Shown one piece after another: positions 26,393-36,169 of a stretch of 64,000 nucleotides of DNA. The stretch lies in contig JAYODW010000001.1 in assembly GCA_038116745.1 (NCBI GenBank), positions 38,200-102,199 of the forward strand, in the 5' to 3' direction. The DNA comes from Gammaproteobacteria bacterium (lineage in GTDB: Bacteria; Pseudomonadota; Gammaproteobacteria; Ga0077536). Every line of letters starts with the position of its first letter. The first letter of the stretch is position 1. The notes under the pieces are model-generated. The model saw only the letters and a list, made by a program, of their open reading frames with translations, was not told the origin of the DNA and did not search any database. The position numbers and the translations under genes are program-made.

Positions 26393-27382
26393 ATGAGACG
26401 TCATCCGCGCATGTTTTCGCTGCTCGTTCTGTTGTCCATCACGCTCTCCGGGATCGCTTTCGCGCACGACCACAGCGGTACGCCGCACGATCGGCCGATC
26501 TGGCAATGGACGCCCGAGGAGATCGTGTCTCACGTGAATACGGTGCGCGCCGGCCGCGATCTCACGCCGCCCTCCTGGCCGGATGGTGCGCGTGTGGCGG
26601 TGAGTTTTTCGTTCGATTTCGACACCGAGCCGGTCTGGATCGGATTCCAGGAGCAGTCGAGTCCGTCCTACATGTCTCGCGGCGAGTACGGCGCGCGTGC
26701 CGGCATGCCGCGGGTGCTCAATTTTCTGCGCAAGCACGAGCTGCCGGCGACGTTCTTTATCCCCGCCATGTCGATGGAACTGCATCCTGAAGTCATTAAG
26801 CAGCTGCGTGATCAGCCGCGTTATGAGATTGGCTTTCATTCCTACGTACACGAAAACCCGATGCGCCTGAGCGCCGCTGAAGAGCGCAATATCTACGCGC
26901 AGGCCCTCGCCATTTTTGAACGTCACGTCGGGCGCAAGCCTGCCGGGTTTCGCTCTGCCGCGTGGGACCTGACGGCGTCAACTATCAGCATCGTCAGGGA
27001 AATGGGCTTTCTGTACGAGAGCAGCATGATGGCCGACGACCGCCCCTATGCGCTCATGGCGTCGGGCCAGGACACCGGGCTGGTCGAGTTGCCGGTGGAG
27101 TGGATTCTGGACGACTGGCCGCTGTTTCAGATCAGCTGGCCGAGCAAACATGTGTCCATCCGTAATGCTGAGGACGTGTATTCAATCTGGAAAGAAGAAT
27201 TTGACGGCGCTTACGAAGAGGGGACCACGTTTATCCTTACCCTGCATCCGCAGGTGATTGGCCATCGCTACCGCATGCAGATGATGGATCGCCTCGTGAC
27301 GTACATGAAAAGCCGCCCGGGCGTGTGGTTCGCGACACACGAAGAAATTGCGCGACATGTCAAAGCCGCAGCGGGGGAATAA
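26393..27382 (+). CDS. secreted polysaccharide-deacetylase-family (NodB-homology) protein
   Basis: Signal peptide. VAVSFSFDFD and GFHSYVHENP (HxxxH) motifs. Confidence 0.6.
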   Translation: MRRHPRMFSLLVLLSITLSGIAFAHDHSGTPHDRPIWQWTPEEIVSHVNTVRAGRDLTPPSWPDGARVAVSFSFDFDTEPVWIGFQEQSSPSYMSRGEYGARAGMPRVLNFLRKHELPATFFIPAMSMELHPEVIKQLRDQPRYEIGFHSYVHENPMRLSAAEERNIYAQALAIFERHVGRKPAGFRSAAWDLTASTISIVREMGFLYESSMMADDRPYALMASGQDTGLVELPVEWILDDWPLFQISWPSKHVSIRNAEDVYSIWKEEFDGAYEEGTTFILTLHPQVIGHRYRMQMMDRLVTYMKSRPGVWFATHEEIARHVKAAAGE

Positions 27383-27387
27383 GCCGG

Positions 27388-28032
27388 GTGCGGATCACTC
27401 ACTACTTTGATTACAAAAGTCCTTATGCGTATCTCGCGCAGGAGGCCACCTGGCAGCTGAGCGCGCTGCCCGGGGTGAGCGTGGAGTGGGTGCCGTACAC
27501 CCTGCAGATCGACAAGTATCTGGGGGTTGCGGAACTCGGCGAAGACGGACGCGACACGGTCGGAACGCGCAATGATCACCAGTGGCGGCGGGTGCGCTAT
27601 TCCTACATGGACTGCCGCCGGGAAGCGAGTCGACGCGGGTTGATGGTGCGGGGACCGCGGCGCATTTTCGACAGTTCGTTCGCCCACATCGCATTCCTTT
27701 TCGCGCGCGAGCAGGGTGATTTCCGACGCTTCCACGACCGCCTGTTCGAGCTTTTCTGGCGCCGTGAGCTGGATCTGGAAGACATAGCGCAGCTGCGGGC
27801 GTTACTGATGGACTGCGATTTCGAGCTCGATGGCTTTGACACGTATCTGACCCGAGAGGGGCGCGCGCTGCACGACACGCTGCAGATGCAGGCGGAAGCT
27901 GCTGGAGTATTCGGGGTGCCGTCCTGGATTGTCGGCGACGAACTCTACTGGGGACAGGAGCGTCTCGAACGCGTCTACGAACACCTTGGTCAAAAGCCAG
28001 CGGCGACTGAACATGAGGACAGCGCGGCCTGA
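27388..28032 (+). CDS. DsbA-like thioredoxin-fold protein of the 2-hydroxychromene-2-carboxylate-isomerase subfamily
   Basis: GTG start 5 nt after the deacetylase stop with an embedded SD. HYFDYKSPYAYL N-terminus and GVPSWIV C-terminus, typical of the HCCA-isomerase/DSBA family. Confidence 0.6.
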   Translation: MRITHYFDYKSPYAYLAQEATWQLSALPGVSVEWVPYTLQIDKYLGVAELGEDGRDTVGTRNDHQWRRVRYSYMDCRREASRRGLMVRGPRRIFDSSFAHIAFLFAREQGDFRRFHDRLFELFWRRELDLEDIAQLRALLMDCDFELDGFDTYLTREGRALHDTLQMQAEAAGVFGVPSWIVGDELYWGQERLERVYEHLGQKPAATEHEDSAA

Positions 28033-28064
28033 CGCGCTCTCCGCTTTCCTTCCACATTGAGACC

Positions 28065-28754
28065 GTGACTATGCCCCTGCCCCTGAATGCCGCTGACTGC
28101 CTCGCTCCCACGGCAATCGTCGATAGTGACCATCCGGAGGTCCTCCGCTATGCCGCGGCGCACGATCCGGGTGGCACTGAAATCGAACGCGCCGTCGCGC
28201 TTTACTATGCGATCCGCGACGGGATCCGCTATGACGGCTATGGCATCGAGCTGACTGAACGGGGTCTGAGCGCCAGCCGTGCGCTCGAGATCGGGCGCGG
28301 CTGGTGCGTGAGCAAAGCCGTGCTGCTCGCCGCCTGCTGCCGCGCGCGCGGGATCCCAGCCGCACTCGGCTATGCCGACGTGCAGAATCATCTGTCGACC
28401 GAGCGTATGCGCCGCATGATGGGAACCAACGTGTTTTACTGGCATGGGTACACCGCGCTGTGGCTGGAAGGGCAGTGGGTCAAGGCGACGCCGGCGTTCA
28501 ACCGCGAGCTGTGCGAGAAATTCCGCATCCATACCCTGGAGTTCGACGGCCGCGAAGACTCTATCTATCACCCCTACGACCTCGATGGTCGTCAGCACAT
28601 GGAATATCTCGCTTACCGCGGAGAATTTGTTGATGTCCCGCTGGCGCAGATGCGCGCTGATTTTGCGGCCCATTACCCGCATATGACGGATGGTTTCGCC
28701 GGCGCGGATTTTGACCGCGAGGTTGACGCCGAAGTAAGCGCGGATCGCGCCTGA
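28065..28754 (+). CDS. transglutaminase-like cysteine-protease-fold protein
   Basis: Candidate Cys-His-Asp triad context (GRGWCVSKA ... YWHGYTALW ... D). Confidence 0.55.
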   Translation: MTMPLPLNAADCLAPTAIVDSDHPEVLRYAAAHDPGGTEIERAVALYYAIRDGIRYDGYGIELTERGLSASRALEIGRGWCVSKAVLLAACCRARGIPAALGYADVQNHLSTERMRRMMGTNVFYWHGYTALWLEGQWVKATPAFNRELCEKFRIHTLEFDGREDSIYHPYDLDGRQHMEYLAYRGEFVDVPLAQMRADFAAHYPHMTDGFAGADFDREVDAEVSADRA

Positions 28755-28784
28755 CAGCGGGCTCACTGCACAAGCGGAACGTCG

Positions 28785-29531
28785 TTGGATCCTGCTGCGG
28801 GCACCCTGCTGACCGCGCTCGGCGCCGCCCGCGGGGTGGTCTGTCTGGTTGGTGCGGGCGGTAAAAAGACTTCGCTCTACGCGCTTGCCCGGGCGACGGC
28901 GGGACGGGTTGCATTGACCTCCACCTCGCATATGTATCGCTACGACCGCTCCCGGGTAGACGAAGTATTCGTTGTTACCGGTGAGCCGCCGCGGGCGCCG
29001 AGCGGCATGCGGATTGTCGCCTACGCAGGGCCGACGGATACGCCCGCCCGCGTGGCCGGCCTCAGACCTGAGGCGATAGCCGGCTTGTGGGAAAGCGGCG
29101 ATTTCGAGCTTGTGCTGGTCAAGGCTGATGGTGCCCGCGGGCGCTTGATCAAGGCACCCGGTGACGAGGAGCCACTCGTTCTGTCGTTCGCGAGCACGGT
29201 GATCCCGGTGGTTGGGGCAGCGGCTTTTGGTCGGCCGCTGGATGCGCGTGTCGCCCATCGGCCGGAGATCCTGGCTGACGTCGCAGGTTTGAGCCTGTCT
29301 CAAACCATCGCACCCGTCCATGTGGCGCGATTGCTGAGCTCACCCCGGGGCGGGCTGAAGAACGTTGGCGACGCCGAGGTGGTGCCGCTCATCAATATGG
29401 TGGATGACGATGAGCGTTATCGCGCAGCGCGTCTGGCCGCGCAGCTCGCTCTGCGCTTGACGAGCCGCTTCGACCGAGTGGTTCTGGCGCAGATGAAAAC
29501 ATCGCGCCTGATCGAGGTGATCAGGCGCTGA
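28785..29531 (+). CDS. P-loop NTPase-like protein, possibly of the YqeC (selenium-dependent hydroxylase accessory) type. Assignment is uncertain.
   Basis: Walker-A-like VGAGGKKTS near the N-terminus. Last gene of the four-gene operon. Confidence 0.3.
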   Translation: MDPAAGTLLTALGAARGVVCLVGAGGKKTSLYALARATAGRVALTSTSHMYRYDRSRVDEVFVVTGEPPRAPSGMRIVAYAGPTDTPARVAGLRPEAIAGLWESGDFELVLVKADGARGRLIKAPGDEEPLVLSFASTVIPVVGAAAFGRPLDARVAHRPEILADVAGLSLSQTIAPVHVARLLSSPRGGLKNVGDAEVVPLINMVDDDERYRAARLAAQLALRLTSRFDRVVLAQMKTSRLIEVIRR

Positions 29532-29541
29532 AGGACAGTAC

Positions 29542-30732
29542 TCAGTCGAGGATCCTACCCATCGACTCAACGAAGTGGTCGATGTTGGCGCCATTGACCC
29601 CGGCTACATTGATGCGGCTGGAGTCGACCATATAGATCCCGAATTCTTCCCGCAGCCGTTCGACCTGCGCCTGGCTGATGCCCAGGAAGGAGAACATCCC
29701 CCGCTGTTCGCGGATAAAACCGAAATCCTGTCCGGTACGTTCGCCGAGACGCTGCGCAAGCAGGTCGCGGAGTCCGTTGATGCGCTCGCGCATGCCGTCC
29801 AGTTCCGCGATCCAGGACGCGTGCAGCGCCTCGTCACCGAGAATGATCTCGACCAGGGCGGCACCGTGCGCCGGCGGCATGGAATAGATCCCGCGCACCA
29901 CGGATGCCAGCTGGCTCTGCACAATCCCGGTCTGGGCCGGGTTCGGGCTGACGATTTGCAGCGCGCCTACCCGTTCACGGTACAGGCCGAAGTTTTTCGA
30001 GTAGGAGCTCGCCACGATCAGTTCCGGGCAGGCATTCGCCAGCACCCGCACGCCCAGGGCATCGGCCTCAAGCCCGTCGCCCAGACCCTGGTAGGCGAGG
30101 TCGATAAAAGGCGTAAAGCCACGTTCGTTCGCGAGTCTGCCCACGGCGTCCCAGTGCTCCGGTTTGAGATCTACGCCGGACGGGTTGTGGCAGCAGCCGT
30201 GCAGCAGCACGATGTCGCCACTGGGTACCTCGGCCAGGGCCGCCATCATGGCGTCAGCGTTCAGGCCGTGGGTGCTTTTGTCGTAGTAGTCGTATTCCTT
30301 GATCGCCAGCCCGGCATTGCCCAGCAGCGGTACGTGGTTAGCCCAGGTGGGTGCGCTGACCCATATGGTGGTCTGTGGACGAGCGCGTTTGATTAACTCA
30401 GCGCCGACGCGCAGCGCACCGCAGCCGCCGGGCGTCTGCACGCCGGCAACCCGGTTGTCCTTGAGCACCGCGTGCTGCGCGCCGAACATGAGCCCACGCG
30501 CGGCAACGTTGAACTCCGGCGTGCCTGGCGGGCCGATATACGTTTTGGTCGTTTCGGTATCGTGGCGTCGCTGCTCAGCTTCGACCACACACTGCATGAT
30601 GGGTGTATCGCCAGCATCGTTCCGGTACACGCCAACCCCGAGGTCTATTTTCTGCGTTCGCGCATCCTCGCGGAACGCGGCCATGAGGCCGAGGATAGGA
30701 TCGGGACTGAGTTGTTCCAATGATTCAAACAT
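29542..30732 (-). CDS. aspartate/aromatic-amino-acid aminotransferase (class I, AspC/TyrB-like)
   Basis: About 396 aa. N-terminus FESLEQLSPDPILGL, typical of AspC/TyrB. PLP-fold motifs. Confidence 0.85.
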   Translation of the reverse strand: MFESLEQLSPDPILGLMAAFREDARTQKIDLGVGVYRNDAGDTPIMQCVVEAEQRRHDTETTKTYIGPPGTPEFNVAARGLMFGAQHAVLKDNRVAGVQTPGGCGALRVGAELIKRARPQTTIWVSAPTWANHVPLLGNAGLAIKEYDYYDKSTHGLNADAMMAALAEVPSGDIVLLHGCCHNPSGVDLKPEHWDAVGRLANERGFTPFIDLAYQGLGDGLEADALGVRVLANACPELIVASSYSKNFGLYRERVGALQIVSPNPAQTGIVQSQLASVVRGIYSMPPAHGAALVEIILGDEALHASWIAELDGMRERINGLRDLLAQRLGERTGQDFGFIREQRGMFSFLGISQAQVERLREEFGIYMVDSSRINVAGVNGANIDHFVESMGRILD

Positions 30733-30891
30733 GACCGTTGCAGGCTCCAGGGAAATCGACTTCAAGAAGGAAAGCGGATAGGGTCCGGGCTGGCAAGCGG
30801 GCAGGCGCCGCGAGGGCGCAATCGCGCATCGCTTGACGGCGCGCGACTATAACACAGCGCCTCTGTTCGTCCGGGGCTGCGAGGGTGATAT

Positions 30892-31323
30892 TCAGCGCTC
30901 AAAGCAGCGCTGTTGGGCTGACAGATGGCGCAGCATGTCGAGCTCGGCCTGTGGTCGGGCGTCTTTCCATTGATCCTGCAGGCTGCTGACCGCGCGATAA
31001 GGCAGGTAGTAAAACGCCGGTGTCCACATGGTGCCAACGAATGCTGCGGCACCGTATTGCGGATCGCTCGTCAGGGCAGGTTTGTAGTCGAGCTGCTGCC
31101 TCAGCAGGGTGAGGCGCCGGGCGTAGATTGCCGCGCAGTCGGTTAGCGGATCGGGGCGTGCCGACTCACCTGGAGGCAGCGGGCCAACCGCGAGGTCGCG
31201 GACCTCGCGCGCTTTGTCGAGCGCGAATTCACCCGCCTGCTGGACCATGGCACTACCGTCCCAGGCGCTGACCGGCGGGGCGCCGATCAGCAGACTGAGA
31301 ACGAGAGAGATGGTGATGCGCAT
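30892..31323 (-). CDS. secreted hypothetical protein
   Basis: Signal peptide MRITISLVLSLLIGAPPVSA. No recognisable domain. Confidence 0.4.
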   Translation of the reverse strand: MRITISLVLSLLIGAPPVSAWDGSAMVQQAGEFALDKAREVRDLAVGPLPPGESARPDPLTDCAAIYARRLTLLRQQLDYKPALTSDPQYGAAAFVGTMWTPAFYYLPYRAVSSLQDQWKDARPQAELDMLRHLSAQQRCFER

Positions 31324-31411
31324 GCGTAATCCTGGCGACACGGGCCTGATGTGGTTAACGGCATCAGCGACCCGGACTTGAGCCTGTCGGGAGCATGCGG
31401 CAGACAGACGG

Positions 31412-32392
31412 TCAGCTGGTGAAGTGGGGCAGGACCTCTTTCGCGAACAGTGACCACGACTGATCGTCCGCCGCGAACATCATGTAGTAGGTCACGCCGG
31501 TGTCGGCGATGCGCTCCTCGAGCGTGTCGCGGATCTGGGCCGGTGTCCCGAGCAGGGCGACGGGTGAGCGCCGGGCCTCCTCGTAGTCATCAAACCCGAG
31601 CTGGCGCGCCATATCACGCAGGCCGCTGTCATTTTCATCTCGCGACATACCGAGCAGCAGCAGGCCACCGAGCTCGATCGCATCAGCTGCCCTGCCCCGG
31701 GCCTGGAGTATTTCCCGCAGGCGGGCGATTTTCTTTTTCATCACCGCCATGTCGAAGCGCCGCGTGGCGATCGGGTCGTTGGGGAAATCCTTGCCGTTCG
31801 ATGTCGGCGGGATGATGTTGAGCACGCTGGCTTCGGCGGCAGCGAGTTCGAGGATCGAGGGGGCTGAACCTCCCAGCATGATCGGCGGGCCGGGCTGCTG
31901 TATCGGCAGCGGCAGGTTGCCGCCGTTCTGGATCCTGAAGTAGCGGCCCTCAAAGGCTGGCTCCTCCTGGCTCCAGAGGGCTTTCAGAATCTGCACCTGT
32001 TCGGCCAGCTCAGCGACACGCTGAGACACGGGTGGAAAGGGGTAGCCATGGGCCTCGTACTCGCTGACCTGCCAGCCGGCGCCGAGGCCAAGGATCAGAC
32101 GGCCCTCGCTGGCGTGGTCCAGCGTGGTGGCGCATTTGGCCAGCAGCGCCGGGGAGCGGAATGAGGCGGCGACCACTGCCGGCGCGAGCTTGATGCTCTT
32201 GGTCACCATCGCCATAGCGGTGAGGACGGTAAAACACTCCAGCTGTGGGGTGCGCGGGCCGCCGAACGGGGAATAAAAGTGATCGTTGACTGACACTGAA
32301 TAAAAGCCATCCCCTTCGGCACGCCGCGCGGCTTCAATTGCGATCTTGACGTCATCGGGAAGCAGGAAAAGTCCGAAGCGGGGTGGGTACAT
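31412..32392 (-). CDS. LLM-class flavin-dependent oxidoreductase
   Basis: LLM TIM-barrel motifs (RLILGLGAGW). SD GGAGAGA before the ATG at 32392. Confidence 0.7.
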   Translation of the reverse strand: MYPPRFGLFLLPDDVKIAIEAARRAEGDGFYSVSVNDHFYSPFGGPRTPQLECFTVLTAMAMVTKSIKLAPAVVAASFRSPALLAKCATTLDHASEGRLILGLGAGWQVSEYEAHGYPFPPVSQRVAELAEQVQILKALWSQEEPAFEGRYFRIQNGGNLPLPIQQPGPPIMLGGSAPSILELAAAEASVLNIIPPTSNGKDFPNDPIATRRFDMAVMKKKIARLREILQARGRAADAIELGGLLLLGMSRDENDSGLRDMARQLGFDDYEEARRSPVALLGTPAQIRDTLEERIADTGVTYYMMFAADDQSWSLFAKEVLPHFTS

Positions 32393-32555
32393 AGCTGTCT
32401 CTCCTTGATGGGGTCCTGGGCGTTTTGGTGTCGCGAACATAGAGCACCGCTACCCGGGTGTCGATGGCTTTCTCAGGGGGTGGCAGAGACACGGGGCGTT
32501 CCTCCCCCTTGTTCAATGCTGTCCCGGTCGGGTGGGGTCATGCTTCTGGCGTGAT

Positions 32556-32573
32556 ACTGTATATAAAAACAGT
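32556..32573 (+). promoter_or_regulatory. LexA (SOS) box ACTGTATATAAAAACAGT (CTGT-N8-ACAG) ending 8 nt upstream of the dnaE2 start codon
   Basis: Exact match to the gamma/beta-proteobacterial CTGT-N8-ACAG consensus with an AT-rich core. dnaE2 is a canonical SOS gene. Confidence 0.6.
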
Positions 32574-32580
32574 ATTTTGA

Positions 32581-35500
32581 ATGCCCATGTCGACATTGCC
32601 TGACTACGCTGAGCTGCATTGCCTCAGCAACTTTTCCTTTCTCCGGGGCGCGTCTCATCCGGAAGAACTCGTGCAGCGGGCGGCCGAGCTAGGTTATCGC
32701 GCCCTGGCCCTGACCGATGAATGCAGCTTCGCCGGGGTGGTGCGTGCCCATGTAGTCGCGCGTGATGCGGGTCTGCAGCTGATTATCGGAACGGAAATCA
32801 CGCTGCGCGATCAGACCCGCGTGGTACTGCTGGCCGACAGCCTGGCGGCTTACCGCAGGATCTCCTCGCTGATCACAACCGGTCGACGGCGTCAGCGGAA
32901 GGGACGTTATGAGCTGACGCGCGCCGACCTGCTGACCGTGGATGCCGGCCTGCTGCTCTGGATCCCGACGCTGGACGAACAGGACGACGAGCGTGCGGAG
33001 TGGTTAGGTGCGCAGTTTGCCGGACGCGCCTGGATCGGCGTGGGGCTGTTTTACAGCGGCTATGACCGCCGTCTGGTGGCTTATGCGCGCGCACTGGGTG
33101 AGCGCACCGGACTCCCGGTCGCAGCGGTCGGTCAGGTACATATGCACGACCATTCCCGGCAGCCTTTGCAGGACACCCTGACCGCCATCCGCCACCGCAC
33201 GAGCGTGATGGAGGCGGGTATCCGACTTTTCCCCAACGCCGAGCGGTACCTGCGGCCGCGCGTGCGTCTGGCGCGTATTTACCCGGCGGATCTTCTGGCT
33301 GAGACCCTCAACATAGCCGCCCGCTGCAGCTTTTCGCTGGACGAGCTGCATTACAGCTACCCCAGCGAACTCGTGCCTCACGGGGAGACCGCGACGGGCC
33401 ATCTGCGCCGCCTGACGCTGGCCGGCATGCGGCAGCGCTGGCCGGAAGGCACACCGGAGAAGGTCAGTCGGATAGTGGAGCACGAACTCGGCCTGATTGC
33501 AGAGCTCTCCTATGAGGCGTTTTTTCTGACCGTGCACGACATCGTGATGTTTGCCCGCAGCCGCGGAATCCTGTGCCAGGGGCGTGGCTCAGCGGCTAAT
33601 TCGGCGGTCTGTTACTGCCTCGGCATCACCGAGGTGGATCCGGCGCGTATGGAAATGCTGTTTGAGCGTTTTATCTCGCGTGAACGCAACGAGCCGCCGG
33701 ATATCGACGTCGACTTTGAGCATGAGCGTCGTGAGGAAGTCGTGCAGTACATCTATGCGAAGTACGGTCGCGAACGCGCTGCCCTGGCTGCGTCGATAAC
33801 AACCTACCGGCTGCGCAGTGCGGTGCGTGACGTCGGTAAAGCGCTCGGCATGAGCCTTGATCAGGTGGAACGCCTTGCCGGTAATCTCTACTGGTGGGAC
33901 CAGGGCGCGGTCATCCCGGAGCGGCTGCGCGAAGTCGGGTTCGATCCGGAGAACCGCATCATCGGACATGTCATCCGTCTGGTCGGGGAGATCCTGGGCT
34001 TTCCACGACATCTGTCGCAGCACGTGGGCGGATTCATCATTGCCGATAGCCCGCTTTCTGACCTGGTCCCGATCGAGAACGCCGCGATGCCGGGACGCAC
34101 GGTGATCCAGTGGGACAAGAATGATCTTGAGACGCTGGGTTTACTCAAAGTCGACTGCCTGTGTCTGGGCATGCTGAGCGCAATCCGCCGCAGCTTTGCG
34201 CTGATCGAACAATACGACGGCCGCCGTCTCGATATGGCGACTATCCCGCCGGATGACGCGGCGACCTACGCCATGATCCAGCGCGCCGATACGGTCGGTG
34301 TATTTCAGATCGAGTCGCGTGCGCAGATGGCGATGCTGCCGCGCCTGCGTCCGGCGTGTTATTACGATCTGGTGATCGAAGTCGCGCTGATCCGCCCCGG
34401 TCCGATCCAGGGTGAAATGGTGCACCCTTACCTGCGCCGACGGCACGGTGAGGAGGCCGTTAGCTATCCCAGCGAGGAAGTACGTGACGTGCTTGAACGT
34501 ACCCTGGGCGTGCCTCTGTTTCAGGAGCAGGTGATCAAGCTCGCGATGGTGGCAGCCGGGTTCTCACCTGGAGAGGCCGATCAGCTGCGGCGCTCCATGG
34601 CGCGCTGGCGGCGCAGCGGCGGTCTTGAGCATTTCCGCACCAAGCTCACCGACGGTATGCGTGAGCGTGGCTACAGTCCGCGCTTTGCTGAGCAGATCTT
34701 CAACCAGATCCAGGGCTTCGGCGAGTACGGCTTTCCCGAATCTCATGCGGCAAGCTTTGCGCTGCTCGCCTACGTCTCAGCCTGGTTGAAATGTCACGAG
34801 CCGGCTGCGTTTACCGCTGCACTGCTCAACAGCCAGCCCATGGGGTTCTACGCGCCTGCCCAGCTAATCCAGGACGCCCGGCGGCACGGCGTCGAGTTCC
34901 GCGAGGTCGACGTTATGGACAGCGTCTGGGAGTGTTCGCTCGAGCGCGGCGGACCGGGCACACCGCGCCCTGCGATACGAATTGGTTTCAACCAGGTCAA
35001 GGGGCTGCAGCAGCAGACCATGGCCCGCCTGGTTGCGGCGCGCACGACGCAGCCGTTTGCGTCAGTCAGCGATCTCGCTCACCGCGCCGGGCTTGATCGC
35101 GGGCAGCTGAACGCGCTGTCCCGGGCCGGGGCGTTCCGCACCCTGGCGGGTAATCGCCATCAGGCGACCTGGCAGATACTGGGCGTGGAGCAGCCGGCGC
35201 CGCTCTTCCCCGCCAGTGGTGTTGCCGAGGGGACGCCGATGCTGCGTCCGCCGCGCGAAAGCGAGACCATCCTTGCGGACTATGCTGCTCGTGGATTTAC
35301 GCTTGGACGCCATCCGCTGGCGCTGCTGAGGGATCGTTTTGAACGCCACCGCTATCGGCGCGGAGAGGATTTATGCGATGCAGTACACGGCGACGCTGTC
35401 CGTGTGGCCGGGCTGGTGATCTCGCGCCAGCGGCCGGGAACCGCGACCGGTGTGGTGTTTGTCACCCTGGAGGACGAGAGCGGCAGTATCAACGTTATCG

Positions 35501-35673
35501 TCTGGTCGCATCTGTTTGAGCGACAACGACAGGTGCTGCTGAGCGCCCGTCTGCTGGGCGTGATCGGCGAAGTGCAGCGCGAAGGCGAGGTGATACACGT
35601 GCTCGCCCGGAGGCTCATCGATCACAGCGCCTGGCTCGGTCGACTGACGACGCAGTCGCGCGATTTTCATTGA
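32581..35673 (+). CDS. dnaE2: error-prone DNA polymerase DnaE2 (ImuC)
   Basis: 1030 aa. N-terminal PHP domain signature YAELHCLSNFSFLRGAS. Pol III alpha core and OB-fold. Confidence 0.9.
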   Translation: MPMSTLPDYAELHCLSNFSFLRGASHPEELVQRAAELGYRALALTDECSFAGVVRAHVVARDAGLQLIIGTEITLRDQTRVVLLADSLAAYRRISSLITTGRRRQRKGRYELTRADLLTVDAGLLLWIPTLDEQDDERAEWLGAQFAGRAWIGVGLFYSGYDRRLVAYARALGERTGLPVAAVGQVHMHDHSRQPLQDTLTAIRHRTSVMEAGIRLFPNAERYLRPRVRLARIYPADLLAETLNIAARCSFSLDELHYSYPSELVPHGETATGHLRRLTLAGMRQRWPEGTPEKVSRIVEHELGLIAELSYEAFFLTVHDIVMFARSRGILCQGRGSAANSAVCYCLGITEVDPARMEMLFERFISRERNEPPDIDVDFEHERREEVVQYIYAKYGRERAALAASITTYRLRSAVRDVGKALGMSLDQVERLAGNLYWWDQGAVIPERLREVGFDPENRIIGHVIRLVGEILGFPRHLSQHVGGFIIADSPLSDLVPIENAAMPGRTVIQWDKNDLETLGLLKVDCLCLGMLSAIRRSFALIEQYDGRRLDMATIPPDDAATYAMIQRADTVGVFQIESRAQMAMLPRLRPACYYDLVIEVALIRPGPIQGEMVHPYLRRRHGEEAVSYPSEEVRDVLERTLGVPLFQEQVIKLAMVAAGFSPGEADQLRRSMARWRRSGGLEHFRTKLTDGMRERGYSPRFAEQIFNQIQGFGEYGFPESHAASFALLAYVSAWLKCHEPAAFTAALLNSQPMGFYAPAQLIQDARRHGVEFREVDVMDSVWECSLERGGPGTPRPAIRIGFNQVKGLQQQTMARLVAARTTQPFASVSDLAHRAGLDRGQLNALSRAGAFRTLAGNRHQATWQILGVEQPAPLFPASGVAEGTPMLRPPRESETILADYAARGFTLGRHPLALLRDRFERHRYRRGEDLCDAVHGDAVRVAGLVISRQRPGTATGVVFVTLEDESGSINVIVWSHLFERQRQVLLSARLLGVIGEVQREGEVIHVLARRLIDHSAWLGRLTTQSRDFH

Positions 35674-35753
35674 TCCCCGGCGCGCGCGGCAGCTTTCCCC
35701 ATACGGTAAAACAGCGACAATAGCCGTCATTGCCAGAGCGGGGGAGGACATTC

Positions 35754-36146
35754 ATGCAAATCACGCGTTTTTTCGAAACAGCCGACCATGGCTCATGTTT
35801 CGAGGACCTCGAGATCGGATTCCCGGACGGCAAAACCGATGAATTCGGCTATGTGCTGACGCTGTCCCGCAGCTGCGACGCCAACGCCATGCTGGCCGTG
35901 CTGCCGGCCAATCTGGATCAGGATTGGCACAACGCGCCCAACCGTCAGTTTGTGTGCGTGCTCGACGGCTGTCTTGAGGTTGAGACCTCTGACGGTGCGG
36001 TGCGCCGCATGGCACGCGGTGACCTGTTTATGGCTGACGACACGGCCGGGCAGGGACATCGCACCCGGGTGCTGGATGGTCGACCTGTCCAGCTGCTATT
36101 CGTGCGTCTGGCCGATGATTTCGACCTGGCGGGCTGGGCGGCCTGA
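35754..36146 (+). CDS. small cupin-like hypothetical protein
   Basis: SD GGGGGAGGA before the ATG. Weak cupin-like beta pattern. Low information. Confidence 0.35.
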   Translation: MQITRFFETADHGSCFEDLEIGFPDGKTDEFGYVLTLSRSCDANAMLAVLPANLDQDWHNAPNRQFVCVLDGCLEVETSDGAVRRMARGDLFMADDTAGQGHRTRVLDGRPVQLLFVRLADDFDLAGWAA

Positions 36147-36169
36147 AAGGCGCCCCGCACGGGACCTGT

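Noticed and set aside
27990-29321. 443-aa antisense ORF opposite the transglutaminase-like and P-loop genes
   Set aside because: The composition is typical of GC-rich antisense frames (Arg/Ala/Gly rich) and it has no motifs, while the sense-strand genes have clear domains. Similar long antisense ORFs were rejected on the same grounds: 931-1671, 5620-6495, 6847-7629, 19208-20224, 21220-22197, 40087-41085, 44179-45324, 50490-51596, 51593-52525, 54464-55543 and 59413-60678.
30893-30912. Hairpin CAGCGCT-CAAAG-CAGCGCTG as a terminator
   Set aside because: It lies inside the last codons of the 30892-31323 gene and is built from the self-complementary AGCGCT hexamer. It is not followed by a U-tract.
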